Shown: piece after piece, positions 8,273 through 15,736 of the stretch
How the letters are laid out: each line of letters starts with the position of its first letter
How positions within the stretch are numbered: position 1 is the stretch's first letter
NCBI RefSeq assembly: GCF_055900595.2
Contig: NZ_CM148325.1
Strand: one strand, 5' to 3'
Length of the DNA: 64,000 nt
Made by a program: the position numbers and the translations under genes
The notes under the pieces: model-generated
Told to the model about the DNA's origin: nothing
Database searches by the model: none
The model's input: only the letters and a program-made list of their open reading frames with translations

Positions 8273-8679
8273 ACCGTTATCATTGTGTACTGCCGCGCCA
8301 CTACTTCGGTCAGATTATGCGCTCGCGTATTCCGGCGGTCACGCTGCGAAACCTGAGCACGGTACCGCAGCCGGGCGATGAGCTGGAAATCGCCGTAGCA
8401 GGCCCTGACCGTTCAGCCAGCTGCGTGACCGCCGACGTGCTGAACGCCGTGCCCGTAGGTGGTGACTGGCTGGTTGCCATCCGCTTCCGCCAAGACCCGT
8501 TCGCACCTGAACCGCTCACCCCCGCAGGCCGCATCATGCAGAACTGGCGGGATGAACGCGCGAAGGCGAACTGCGAAAAACTGATTAACAGGATTGCCAC
8601 GACAAACCGACATGCCGCGCTGGCGCGCCGGATATACCCCGCAAAATCAACACAACCAACAGGAGTAAAAGGCCCATGA
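8269..8679 (+). CDS. Hypothetical protein (136 aa), possibly with an ASCH/DUF3850-like PUA fold
   Basis: ATGA overlap with the A stop. The N-terminus HCVLPRHYFGQIMRSRIPAVTLRN....PGDELEI resembles the ASCH-type pattern. This is a weak, by-eye call. Confidence 0.45.
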   Translation: MNRYHCVLPRHYFGQIMRSRIPAVTLRNLSTVPQPGDELEIAVAGPDRSASCVTADVLNAVPVGGDWLVAIRFRQDPFAPEPLTPAGRIMQNWRDERAKANCEKLINRIATTNRHAALARRIYPAKSTQPTGVKGP

Positions 8680-8822
8680 AAAGAATCGCCGGAACTGACT
8701 ACCAGGAGCTGCTTAAAGCGGTGGAAAACTACCGTTCAGCGCTGGTGTGGTGTGAGATTAAGCCCTGTGACCCGGGAGCAGTTAAGGATTGCAACCGGCG
8801 CGTGAGGACATTCAGCGCGTAA
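8676..8822 (+). CDS. Small hypothetical protein (48 aa, MKRIAGTDYQELLKAVENYRSALVWCEIKPC...)
   Basis: ATGA overlap with the upstream ORF. Below the track cut-off. Confidence 0.35.
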   Translation: MKRIAGTDYQELLKAVENYRSALVWCEIKPCDPGAVKDCNRRVRTFSA

Positions 8823-8937
8823 TTGGCTACCGCTATGTAGCAGCCATTATTGACCTTGTGAATGAACTGGAGGAAGCAAAAGAGCGCATCGCAGAACTGG
8901 AAACCCAGAATAACCCCAACCAGCAGGAGCAGAAGCC

Positions 8938-9519
8938 ATGAAAAAAAGAGACCTTAAAAAACACCTCCGTAGTCAGATTGAATATTTTGAAGATAAGGCT
9001 GCAAAAACAGGGCTTTCCGGTAAAGAGAACATGAACTTCAGGGCACACCTCCTGACGTGGAGAATACTTAATATCACGAGAGATGGACTTGAGCCGCTAG
9101 CCTACCTGATGGAAGATGGCGAGACCCTCATACAGGATCCCAATGTGGAAATGGAGAAGAAAGAGATGGACCTGCCGATAATCGGGCTGTTTGAGATCCC
9201 TGAACTAATAGGACGTTATGAACACGAAAACCGCCAGCTTGCCGCCTTTTTATCCGTGACAATCGAACGACTGGAAACCGTGAAACACGATATTCCGTTC
9301 GGTTTTGATGAGCGCACCGAGGGTGATTTGCTCAGCTTTCAGATTGCCCTGAACGTGCTCACCGCAGAGCCTTCTGCGTGGCTACGCCCGGAACGGCACC
9401 ACAACACGTTCGCATTTACCGTAATTCCCTACGATGCCGCACAGGAAGAGGATAACTTCGAGACCAGGCTTGTTCCCCTGTATCAGATTGCGGATTTCTA
9501 TACGTTGATTCGCTGGTAA
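8938..9519 (+). CDS. Hypothetical cargo protein (193 aa), no recognisable domain
   Basis: AGGAG SD, visibly AT-rich codon usage compared with its neighbours, and a strong terminator after it. Confidence 0.55.
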   Translation: MKKRDLKKHLRSQIEYFEDKAAKTGLSGKENMNFRAHLLTWRILNITRDGLEPLAYLMEDGETLIQDPNVEMEKKEMDLPIIGLFEIPELIGRYEHENRQLAAFLSVTIERLETVKHDIPFGFDERTEGDLLSFQIALNVLTAEPSAWLRPERHHNTFAFTVIPYDAAQEEDNFETRLVPLYQIADFYTLIRW

Positions 9520-9534
9520 TCCCCCACAGTAAAA

Positions 9535-9557
9535 CAGCCCGACCGGGCTGTTTTTTT
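9535..9557 (+). terminator. Intrinsic terminator
   Basis: CAGCCC-GACC-GGGCTG followed by TTTTTTT. Confidence 0.7.
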
Positions 9558-9614
9558 ATCTGATATTTTTGATAACGTTGACCGGCTCATTAGCAAAAAA
9601 GCAAAGAGGAAAAC

Positions 9615-10001
9615 ATGAAAGCCCGTATCGGGATCATCCCGGAAAAAGCCCTGCGCCAGCACCTGATTGATATTGCCAGAGGGAAGCGAAAACCACAGCC
9701 CGACGAGCCAAAGGTATGGTTTTCATCCATCAATGCGGCAGGCCAGACGCTGAGCAATGAAAATATCGCCCTTCTGCGTCTTATGAATGAGGAGAAGCCG
9801 CAGACCATGACCGCACTTGCGGAGTTATCCGGCAGAAAACTGAGCAACCTGTCTGTAACCCTGAAAATGCTGAGCAGCTACGGTTTTGTCAGTCTGGAAA
9901 AGAAAGGGAATACTGTACACCCGAAAGCACTTTTTACCGATTTTGAAATCATCGTTGATCCGTCCGTGGGTTCAGTACATCGCGCCACCGCCCGGCCCTG
10001 A
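9615..10001 (+). CDS. Winged-HTH (MarR/ArsR-like) DNA-binding protein (128 aa)
   Basis: AAGAGG SD. The segment NIALLRLMNEEKPQTMTALAELSGRKLSNLSVTLKMLSSYGFVSLEKKGN is a typical wHTH. It is a single-gene unit between two terminators. Confidence 0.55.
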   Translation: MKARIGIIPEKALRQHLIDIARGKRKPQPDEPKVWFSSINAAGQTLSNENIALLRLMNEEKPQTMTALAELSGRKLSNLSVTLKMLSSYGFVSLEKKGNTVHPKALFTDFEIIVDPSVGSVHRATARP

Positions 10002-10013
10002 AGTGCGCAATAA

Positions 10014-10040
10014 ACAGCCCCGTTCGGGGCTGTTATTTAT
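10014..10040. terminator. Bidirectional hairpin terminator between convergent genes
   Basis: ACAGCCCC-GTTC-GGGGCTGT with T-rich flanks on both strands. Confidence 0.6.
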
Positions 10041-10411
10041 TCCAGAATCAGCTGTTCAGGTGTGCAGCCGTACAGTCTGGCAAGGCGCTCAATATTTGCC
10101 CTGCGCGGGCGTTCTGTTCTTTCGAATTCGGACACGGTAGCCTGCCTGATACCCAGCGCATCCGCCACCTGCTTTTGCGTCATTCCGCGATAGATTCGCC
10201 ACGCCGCCTGCATGGTGCAGCCACGTTCCGAGAGGATGTTGACCACCTCGTTGGGATACAGCGTATCAGGCGATGCACTCGGTTCGTTCTGGACGTCCTC
10301 GTAGAGTTCGTCAAGGTCGCTGTCTCCTGCCAGTTTTTCAAACAACGCCACTGGCAGAATGACGGATACCCTGTTACCCGCACCGTCAGTAATAAACTGA
10401 ATCTGACTCAT
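10037..10411 (-). CDS. Antitoxin: N-terminal Phd/YefM-like segment plus C-terminal Xre-type HTH (124 aa)
   Basis: The C-terminal MTQKQVADALGIRQATVSEFERTERPRRANIERLARLYG is an Xre HTH. It lies downstream of a RelE/ParE toxin gene (HigBA-like order). AGGAGGGG SD. Confidence 0.75.
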   Translation of the reverse strand: MSQIQFITDGAGNRVSVILPVALFEKLAGDSDLDELYEDVQNEPSASPDTLYPNEVVNILSERGCTMQAAWRIYRGMTQKQVADALGIRQATVSEFERTERPRRANIERLARLYGCTPEQLILE

Positions 10412-10451
10412 TTGCCCCTCCTGCTAAACATCGGTTTATTTTTTAATTTGC

Positions 10452-10484
10452 TGCCGGTGATAAAAAACGGCGGGTCGCCCCGCC
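10452..10484 (-). terminator. Strong intrinsic terminator between the toxin and antitoxin genes
   Basis: On the minus strand, directly after the toxin stop: GGCGGG-GCGA-CCCGCC followed by GTTTTTT. Confidence 0.6.
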
Positions 10485-10751
10485 TTAGTATGTTGTCGAG
10501 GTTCTCCGCTGAATACGGAGGATCCTGATAACCACTATCTGCCCTCCCTCAATCGTGAACCTGACACGGTAATGATTTACCCTGAGTCTGTACTCCCCGC
10601 CCGAGTCAGTGAGCTTTTTAATATCCAGATTCTGGAACTTCGGATAGCCATAAAGCGCGTTAACTTTCTCGCGTAAGGATTTCTGATCCCTCGCTGGCAA
10701 AACCCGTAAATCTTTGATTGCCCGAGGGGTCCACATGATTTCAGTCGTCAT
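10485..10751 (-). CDS. RelE/ParE-family toxin (88 aa from the ATG at 10751; the track start at 10757 is GTG)
   Basis: The sequence ..WTPRAIKDLRVLPARDQKSLREKVNAL...YRLRVNHYRVRFTIEGGQIVVIRILRIQRR has the typical RelE/ParE fold signature (YR.RVG.YR..F...). Confidence 0.8.
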   Translation of the reverse strand: MTTEIMWTPRAIKDLRVLPARDQKSLREKVNALYGYPKFQNLDIKKLTDSGGEYRLRVNHYRVRFTIEGGQIVVIRILRIQRRTSTTY

Positions 10752-10802
10752 AAACACACCGGAAGCAAATTATTAAAGAGCCGTGCCCGCTGGCACACCT
10801 TA

Positions 10803-10846
10803 AATATAGGTTTTAACCCCTATATTGTCAAACAAAATCCCTATAT
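10803..10846 (-). promoter_or_regulatory. Sigma70 promoter of the TA unit, overlapped by a palindromic operator
   Basis: On the minus strand, TTGACA (10831-10826), a 17-nt spacer and TATATT (10808-10803). The inverted repeat AATATAGG (10803-10810) / CCTATATT (10819-10826) and a third half-site CCTATAT (10840-10846) overlap the promoter. Confidence 0.55.
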
Positions 10847-10859
10847 CATGAAGTAAAAA

Positions 10860-11140
10860 AGCACCTCCCGCGACCTCCCTTTCCGGTGCACGAAAGTGCA
10901 CAAATTTGCACAATTTTTTTGAACGACTTTTTGCCCTTCCGGCCCGTGTGGCGTCTGGATCCGTCGGGGATCCGTGCGTGCACGAAAAAAGGCCTTTTTC
11001 TGCGCGCAGGTGACGGGGGAACAGCCCGCGTTTCAGGGGGTAAATAGCATTCCCTGAACGATGTTGCAGTGACACAACAGAATGGCTGTATTTCTCACGC
11101 TGAGCGTGAAAAAGACGTAAGGGCTTTTGATTTGATGGGG
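10860..11140. other. Probable cos / packaging-recognition region (non-coding, repeat-rich)
   Basis: It sits in the non-coding gap of about 580 bp between the TA unit and orf167, in the region where P2 has cos. It holds four GTGCAC/TGCAC motifs (10886, 10896, 10907, 10978), two of them as GTGCACGAAA. It also has the palindrome CTGCGCGCAG (11000-11009) and the G-rich 19-mer GGTGACGGGGGAACAGCCC (11009-11027), which matches about 12/19 of the remembered P2 cos end GGCGAGGCGGGGAAAGCAC. An alternative GGCGA-starting 19-mer lies at 11886-11904. Confidence 0.3.
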
Positions 11141-11340
11141 TGAAAGATAAGGCCGTCAAAATCGCACTGAGGCAGCGAGAATATGTCGTCAGAGTTGCGG
11201 GGTTGCGTAAGCATCCGCCCGGCGATGATGGCTACAGGGCTGGAGATGTTGTGAAATTATCTGAAGGAATAACCAGCTTGCAGGAGAACCCGGGCAAAGT
11301 CAGAATAGCGGCAGGCATCAACTCAAAAGAGGATAATGTC

Positions 11341-11844
11341 ATGAGCCACTTTAATGATTTATGCCAGATCAATCGTGAAGCTGAAGAAAAACGCGCTGAG
11401 GCAGCTCAAATTTTGCGGGATGAAGCGGCAAGGCTGATTGATTTCTATGAAGAATGGCTGGGGCTTCCATCCATGTACTGGGAAGACGATGATGGCGACC
11501 TGCACCGCTACGTGGAGACAGGCTTGCCATGTAAGACAGCGGCGGATTTTAGTCCTCTTTCAGTCCACAATATCGCATCTGCACCAGACAATATTTTCCG
11601 CATGGCCGTACGAACCTGGGTTAAGTCATCTGACAGCAGCTACCCGGTAAGCGTGGTTATTGCACTTGAATTATATTCAGTAGATGCGGAACGGGTGTCT
11701 CTGAGAGTCCGGGTGGAAGACGATATTTCTGTTCGCGTATTTATCAATAAACCCAGCGAAGAAGCCTGGGGCGATGTTGTTATGCACATGAAAAAGCACA
11801 TCGCTAATCACCTGAAAAAGCGAGCGCCATCAGCACTTCGTTAA
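11341..11844 (+). CDS. Hypothetical cargo protein (167 aa); the GTG-extended 234-aa track ORF was rejected
   Basis: AAGAGGA SD 6 nt before the ATG at 11341. No domain recognised. An 11-bp hairpin lies downstream (11859-11884). Confidence 0.5.
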   Translation: MSHFNDLCQINREAEEKRAEAAQILRDEAARLIDFYEEWLGLPSMYWEDDDGDLHRYVETGLPCKTAADFSPLSVHNIASAPDNIFRMAVRTWVKSSDSSYPVSVVIALELYSVDAERVSLRVRVEDDISVRVFINKPSEEAWGDVVMHMKKHIANHLKKRAPSALR

Positions 11845-11910
11845 GCAGAGCTGGAGAGTCGGGGCATAAATTTTTTATGCCCCGGCGAAGCAGCAGACAA
11901 GCGAAGCGCG

Positions 11911-12966
11911 TCAGGATATGGGCCGGGTGTCTAACAGTGCGTAAGGGTTAAAACGGATCACCTCTTCGCCCAGCCAGTCGTTGACGTGTTTCATTGCTTC
12001 CATGACGGGCATCAGTTCGTTAATGGCAAACACACGGGCTGCCTTCTCCACATCCCCGAATGACCCCTTCTCACCCGGCATGGCCCCCATCAGCTGAGGT
12101 GGCACGCGGTGCACAGCCAGCACGTCATCACGCGATGCGGCCTTGACGTTCATGAACTCATCCTTTGCGGTGATTTGCTGAAACGGCAAAATCTGTACGC
12201 CATCCTTACCACCTCCCGCCGCGTGGATGAGCAGATTTTTAAACGCCCCGCCACCACGCGCGCTTTGCAGTGTTTCCCGCAGTTTTTCCATGCTTTCACG
12301 GTCAACCTGCGCCGCACCGATGTAGACAATACAGCCCGCGTGTGAGCCGTTATCGTAGTAGAGCTTGCGGAAGATATCGGCGGAATGTGACAGGCTGGCA
12401 GACAGCAGGCCGCCCAGGTAATCCGGCATCCCGTAAATCTCCTGGTTGATATCAGGATTCATCAGGTGGCATATCGTCCCCTCACGAAAGCGGTACTCTT
12501 CCTGTCCTTCCTGTATATACCACCATGATTTCATATCGCTGCCACGTCGCATGTATTTCGCCAGCGCCCGGCGCAGGGCCAGCGGTTCGCCAAGCATGTT
12601 GCGCCGCAGCTCAAGACAGGCATTACCGAACACAAACCAGTCCATCGCCACCCCGGCGAACTCCTGGCGGGACAGCAGAGGATGTGGAATATAGCAGCCC
12701 AGCAGCACATTACGTTTGAAGCTGAGCGCCGACTGGTGCCAGGACGTCTGGCGGGCAGCCCGTGCCAGTCCGTACCAGTCAACGGGCGTTTCAAACCACC
12801 GCCCGTTGTCGGCGCAGTACATGCTGTCCAGCAGGTCGGCCCCTGACAGCCGGTAAGGTCCTTCAAACGTGAAGGCACTCAGTGTCGGGTCGCTTCGCAG
12901 GGAATCCGCAAGGCTGCCCTGCGCTGCGCGGGCGTTCGTACGTCGTTGTTTATTTTTTCTGCTCAT
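11911..12966 (-). CDS. Q: Portal protein, P2 gpQ-like
   Basis: Collinear by eye with remembered P2 Q (..FGNA.LE.....PDINQE.YG.P.YL......LFRRKYY.NG.HAG.I.Y...). Adjacent to terminase P. Confidence 0.9.
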   Translation of the reverse strand: MSRKNKQRRTNARAAQGSLADSLRSDPTLSAFTFEGPYRLSGADLLDSMYCADNGRWFETPVDWYGLARAARQTSWHQSALSFKRNVLLGCYIPHPLLSRQEFAGVAMDWFVFGNACLELRRNMLGEPLALRRALAKYMRRGSDMKSWWYIQEGQEEYRFREGTICHLMNPDINQEIYGMPDYLGGLLSASLSHSADIFRKLYYDNGSHAGCIVYIGAAQVDRESMEKLRETLQSARGGGAFKNLLIHAAGGGKDGVQILPFQQITAKDEFMNVKAASRDDVLAVHRVPPQLMGAMPGEKGSFGDVEKAARVFAINELMPVMEAMKHVNDWLGEEVIRFNPYALLDTRPIS

Positions 12967-14717
12967 CAGAACTCCGTAACACTGAAGGGGGCGGCATCAT
13001 GTTCACCGCCGACAGGTTCGTTGATAACGGCCAGCATGGTGGCCCATGCAAGATCGCCATGGCTTACGCCTCTTGCGCGATCTGTTTCGTAGGTGATAAA
13101 TCCGGCCTGCGTTTTTGTTTTGCGTACCGCGTTAAAGGCGCTCACCAGTTCGCGCTCGCTGCGGTCGTACTCCCACCGCCCGGCGCGCATGAGCTGCAGC
13201 ATCTTCAGAACCAGCGTGCGCTTTGATGACAGGGTGAAGGTGTAGGGAATGGCTGCCGGAAAAAAGCGCTTCACAATCTGATACACCGCATCCCCGTGAC
13301 CGCCGGTTACGTCAATACCGATATGCTCAACGTTATAGCGAAAGGTGAACTCTTCAATCACCTTCGCCTGCGCCTCAAACTCCAGCCCCTGCACCCGCCG
13401 CGTCTCCACGGTGCGAAAACGCCCGCCCGGTACGGCTGGCGGCACCACCACGACAACCGCCCCGCTGTCACCGTTCCCGCTACTGCCGTTGGCGTCGTAC
13501 CCAATCCACACAGGGCGGTTCCCCATCGGACGCGGTGCAAACGGCTTCCAGTCCGGCCACTCGTCGTATCCGTCAACACCGCAGCCAATCAGGATATTCA
13601 GGTTAAATGCCGATTCCCCTTCGCGAGCAAATTCACACATGTAGAGATTGCGGAACTCGTCTTCAGTGTTATTGCGCCGGATTTTGTCAATGTTGGTTAA
13701 CGTCCATCCCTGACTGACCACATCTTCCAGCGTCACAATTTGCCGCCAGATATAGTCAGGACAGATAAGGCCGTTATGAAGCGCATTCCAGCTCACATCA
13801 AAATGCTGACGTTTATGAGTACGAAGCCCTTCATTCCAGTGATCGCCGTTCCAGTATGCATACGCCTCATGTGTTTCACTTGATGGCGTGGAAAAATAGG
13901 TACACCGCAAACCATCCAGCGTTGCCATAGCAGCAGCCACCTTGCGCAGCTCTGCGAAACGCCCCGTCCAGAAAAACTCATCAAAATACAGATTCCCTGT
14001 GTACGCTTGCGCGGTGGCCGCAGAAGTGCCGAGAAAATGCAGCTCTGCACCGTTGGAGAGGATGACTTTATCGCCCCCTTTCAGTTCCACATCAACTTCA
14101 GATGCAGCCTTCTGAATAATGCTTTTAAACTGGAGCGCCTGACGACGAGACGCAGACAAAAAAATCTGGTTACGCTGGTAAGGTTGTGCCACATCGTCAC
14201 GCAGCGCCATCAGCAGCGCTTCCTGCGCAAAATACCAGGTCGCCCCAATCTGGCGGGATTTCAGGATCATCCTGTCAGTAATTCCGGCACGCTCACAGGC
14301 ACCGATAGCATCAAGCCATTTGCGCTGGTGTCCGGCCAGCCTGTCGGTAATTTTTTCCCGCAGCGCCGCGATCTGTTCCGGCGTGAAATGATTTTTGTGT
14401 TTTTTCGCCCGGCCTTTCTTTCCTGTTGCCGTCTCATCCGGCAGACCGTCATGCAGCTTTTTAAGCTGACGGGTCAGCAAATCAATTTCCTTAAAGTCCC
14501 CGCCTGTTTTATTCTGTTTTTCCGTGAGCTGAATGAGTCGCGCATCCATGGACTGCGTGACACGCTGAACCGGGGGCGTCTCATCCCACTGGTCGCGTTT
14601 TTTCCACGAATGGATCGTGTTCTGGTTGATACCCATAAGGCGGGAAATTTCCGCAACAGGGTAACCCTGCCAGTACAGCTGGCGTGCCCGCTGGCGAACA
14701 AATGTATCCTGAATCAT
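12966..14717 (-). CDS. P: Terminase large (ATPase) subunit, P2 gpP-like
   Basis: The N-terminus RARQLYWQGYPVAEISRLMGINQNTIHSWKKRDQWDE matches the remembered P2 P. Size and position also fit. Confidence 0.9.
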   Translation of the reverse strand: MIQDTFVRQRARQLYWQGYPVAEISRLMGINQNTIHSWKKRDQWDETPPVQRVTQSMDARLIQLTEKQNKTGGDFKEIDLLTRQLKKLHDGLPDETATGKKGRAKKHKNHFTPEQIAALREKITDRLAGHQRKWLDAIGACERAGITDRMILKSRQIGATWYFAQEALLMALRDDVAQPYQRNQIFLSASRRQALQFKSIIQKAASEVDVELKGGDKVILSNGAELHFLGTSAATAQAYTGNLYFDEFFWTGRFAELRKVAAAMATLDGLRCTYFSTPSSETHEAYAYWNGDHWNEGLRTHKRQHFDVSWNALHNGLICPDYIWRQIVTLEDVVSQGWTLTNIDKIRRNNTEDEFRNLYMCEFAREGESAFNLNILIGCGVDGYDEWPDWKPFAPRPMGNRPVWIGYDANGSSGNGDSGAVVVVVPPAVPGGRFRTVETRRVQGLEFEAQAKVIEEFTFRYNVEHIGIDVTGGHGDAVYQIVKRFFPAAIPYTFTLSSKRTLVLKMLQLMRAGRWEYDRSERELVSAFNAVRKTKTQAGFITYETDRARGVSHGDLAWATMLAVINEPVGGEHDAAPFSVTEF

Positions 14718-14779
14718 TTCTCCCCCTCATGTGATTCAGGCAGTTTACTCACCCCTTACAGGCCTCCTGCCATGCCCGG

Positions 14780-14806
14780 TGTTGTCGGCATTCGCTTACA
14801 ACAAAC
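14780..14806. promoter_or_regulatory. Late-promoter activator (Ogr-type) site in the P/O divergent region
   Basis: TGTTGT-CGGCATTCGCTT-ACAACA contains the TGT-N12-ACA dyad known for P2 late promoters. The 16-mer TTCGCTTACAACAAAC (14791-14806) recurs at 31508-31523. Confidence 0.5.
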
Positions 14807-14871
14807 GCACTTTGTCTGTCCCTGCCCCGTTTTGCCATCATGAGACAAACGATCATCACGAGGGCCCGACA

Positions 14872-15708
14872 ATGCCTGAACAGAAAAAAACATCCCGTAA
14901 AACATTCCGCGTGGCCGTTTCCGGTCCCACCGCAGACGGTCGCGAAATCAGTGCCGCAGATTTGCGCGCGGCGGCCAGTAACTTCAACCCTGAGATTTAC
15001 GGCGCACGCGTGAACGTGGAGCACTGGCTTTCACCGGTTCCGTCCAGTGAATTTTCCGCCATGGGTGATGTGACGGCACTGAGCACAGAAGAAATCACCG
15101 AAGGTCCGCTGGTCGGTCGTACTGCGCTGTATGCGGAAATCGAACCCACCGACCGCATGAAAAATCTGGTCTCCCGGGGTAAGAAAATTTACTCCAGTAT
15201 TGAGCTGGCACGAAATTTCACCCCTACGGGCACCCCGTATCTTATTGGCCTTGCCATGACAGACACCCCGGCAAGCATCGGCACGGAGCGTCTTCAGTTC
15301 GCCCTGCAGCAGCGCCGTTCGGTCATGACCTTCAATAATCAGCAGACGGAAGCACCGATGTTCTCTGACGCCATTGAGGCTGAAGTGATCGAACTGACGG
15401 AGCGCCGCAGCGAGGAAGGTGCGCAGTGGTTTAACCGCGTGATGAACATGATTGGGCGAGGACGCAGGGCTGACGACACCCGGTTCTCCCGCATTCATGA
15501 CGCCGTTGAGGGGATAGCCTCATCGCATGCCGACCTTCTCGACCGCTTCAGTGCACTGGAATCGCGCCATCAGGCAGACAGACAGAAAGTCGCCACCCTG
15601 TCCACTGAGCTGGCAGAGCTGAAAAACAGACTGCGCGGACTGGACGCTGATCAGCAAAGTCGTTTTACGGCAACCGGCGGGCAGTCCAGACAACTGGCTG
15701 ACTACTGA
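14872..15708 (+). CDS. O: Capsid scaffold protein, P2 gpO-like
   Basis: From the ATG at 14872: MPEQKKTSRKTFRVAVSGPTADGREISAADL..NVEHW, which parallels P2 O (..FRIGVEGDTCDGRVISAQDI..NLEH). The track start at 14731 is an upstream GTG. Confidence 0.85.
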   Translation: MPEQKKTSRKTFRVAVSGPTADGREISAADLRAAASNFNPEIYGARVNVEHWLSPVPSSEFSAMGDVTALSTEEITEGPLVGRTALYAEIEPTDRMKNLVSRGKKIYSSIELARNFTPTGTPYLIGLAMTDTPASIGTERLQFALQQRRSVMTFNNQQTEAPMFSDAIEAEVIELTERRSEEGAQWFNRVMNMIGRGRRADDTRFSRIHDAVEGIASSHADLLDRFSALESRHQADRQKVATLSTELAELKNRLRGLDADQQSRFTATGGQSRQLADY

Positions 15709-15736
15709 CAGAAATAACCACAAGAGGTGATAACCG

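Noticed and set aside
8786-8941. Possible -1 programmed frameshift joining orf48 to the downstream coiled-coil frame.
   Set aside because: No X XXY YYZ slippery heptamer exists in the 8786-8822 overlap. It is kept only as an unexplained no-ATG frame in the findings.
10800-11340. A 119-aa minus ORF (10800-11159) and the GTG-initiated N-terminal 67 codons of the 234-aa track ORF (11140-11340).
   Set aside because: They cover the TA promoter/operator and the repeat-rich cos-like block and lack SDs. The ATG at 11341 has a good SD. I also considered a retron-like or other ncRNA here, but no supporting long-range pairing was found.
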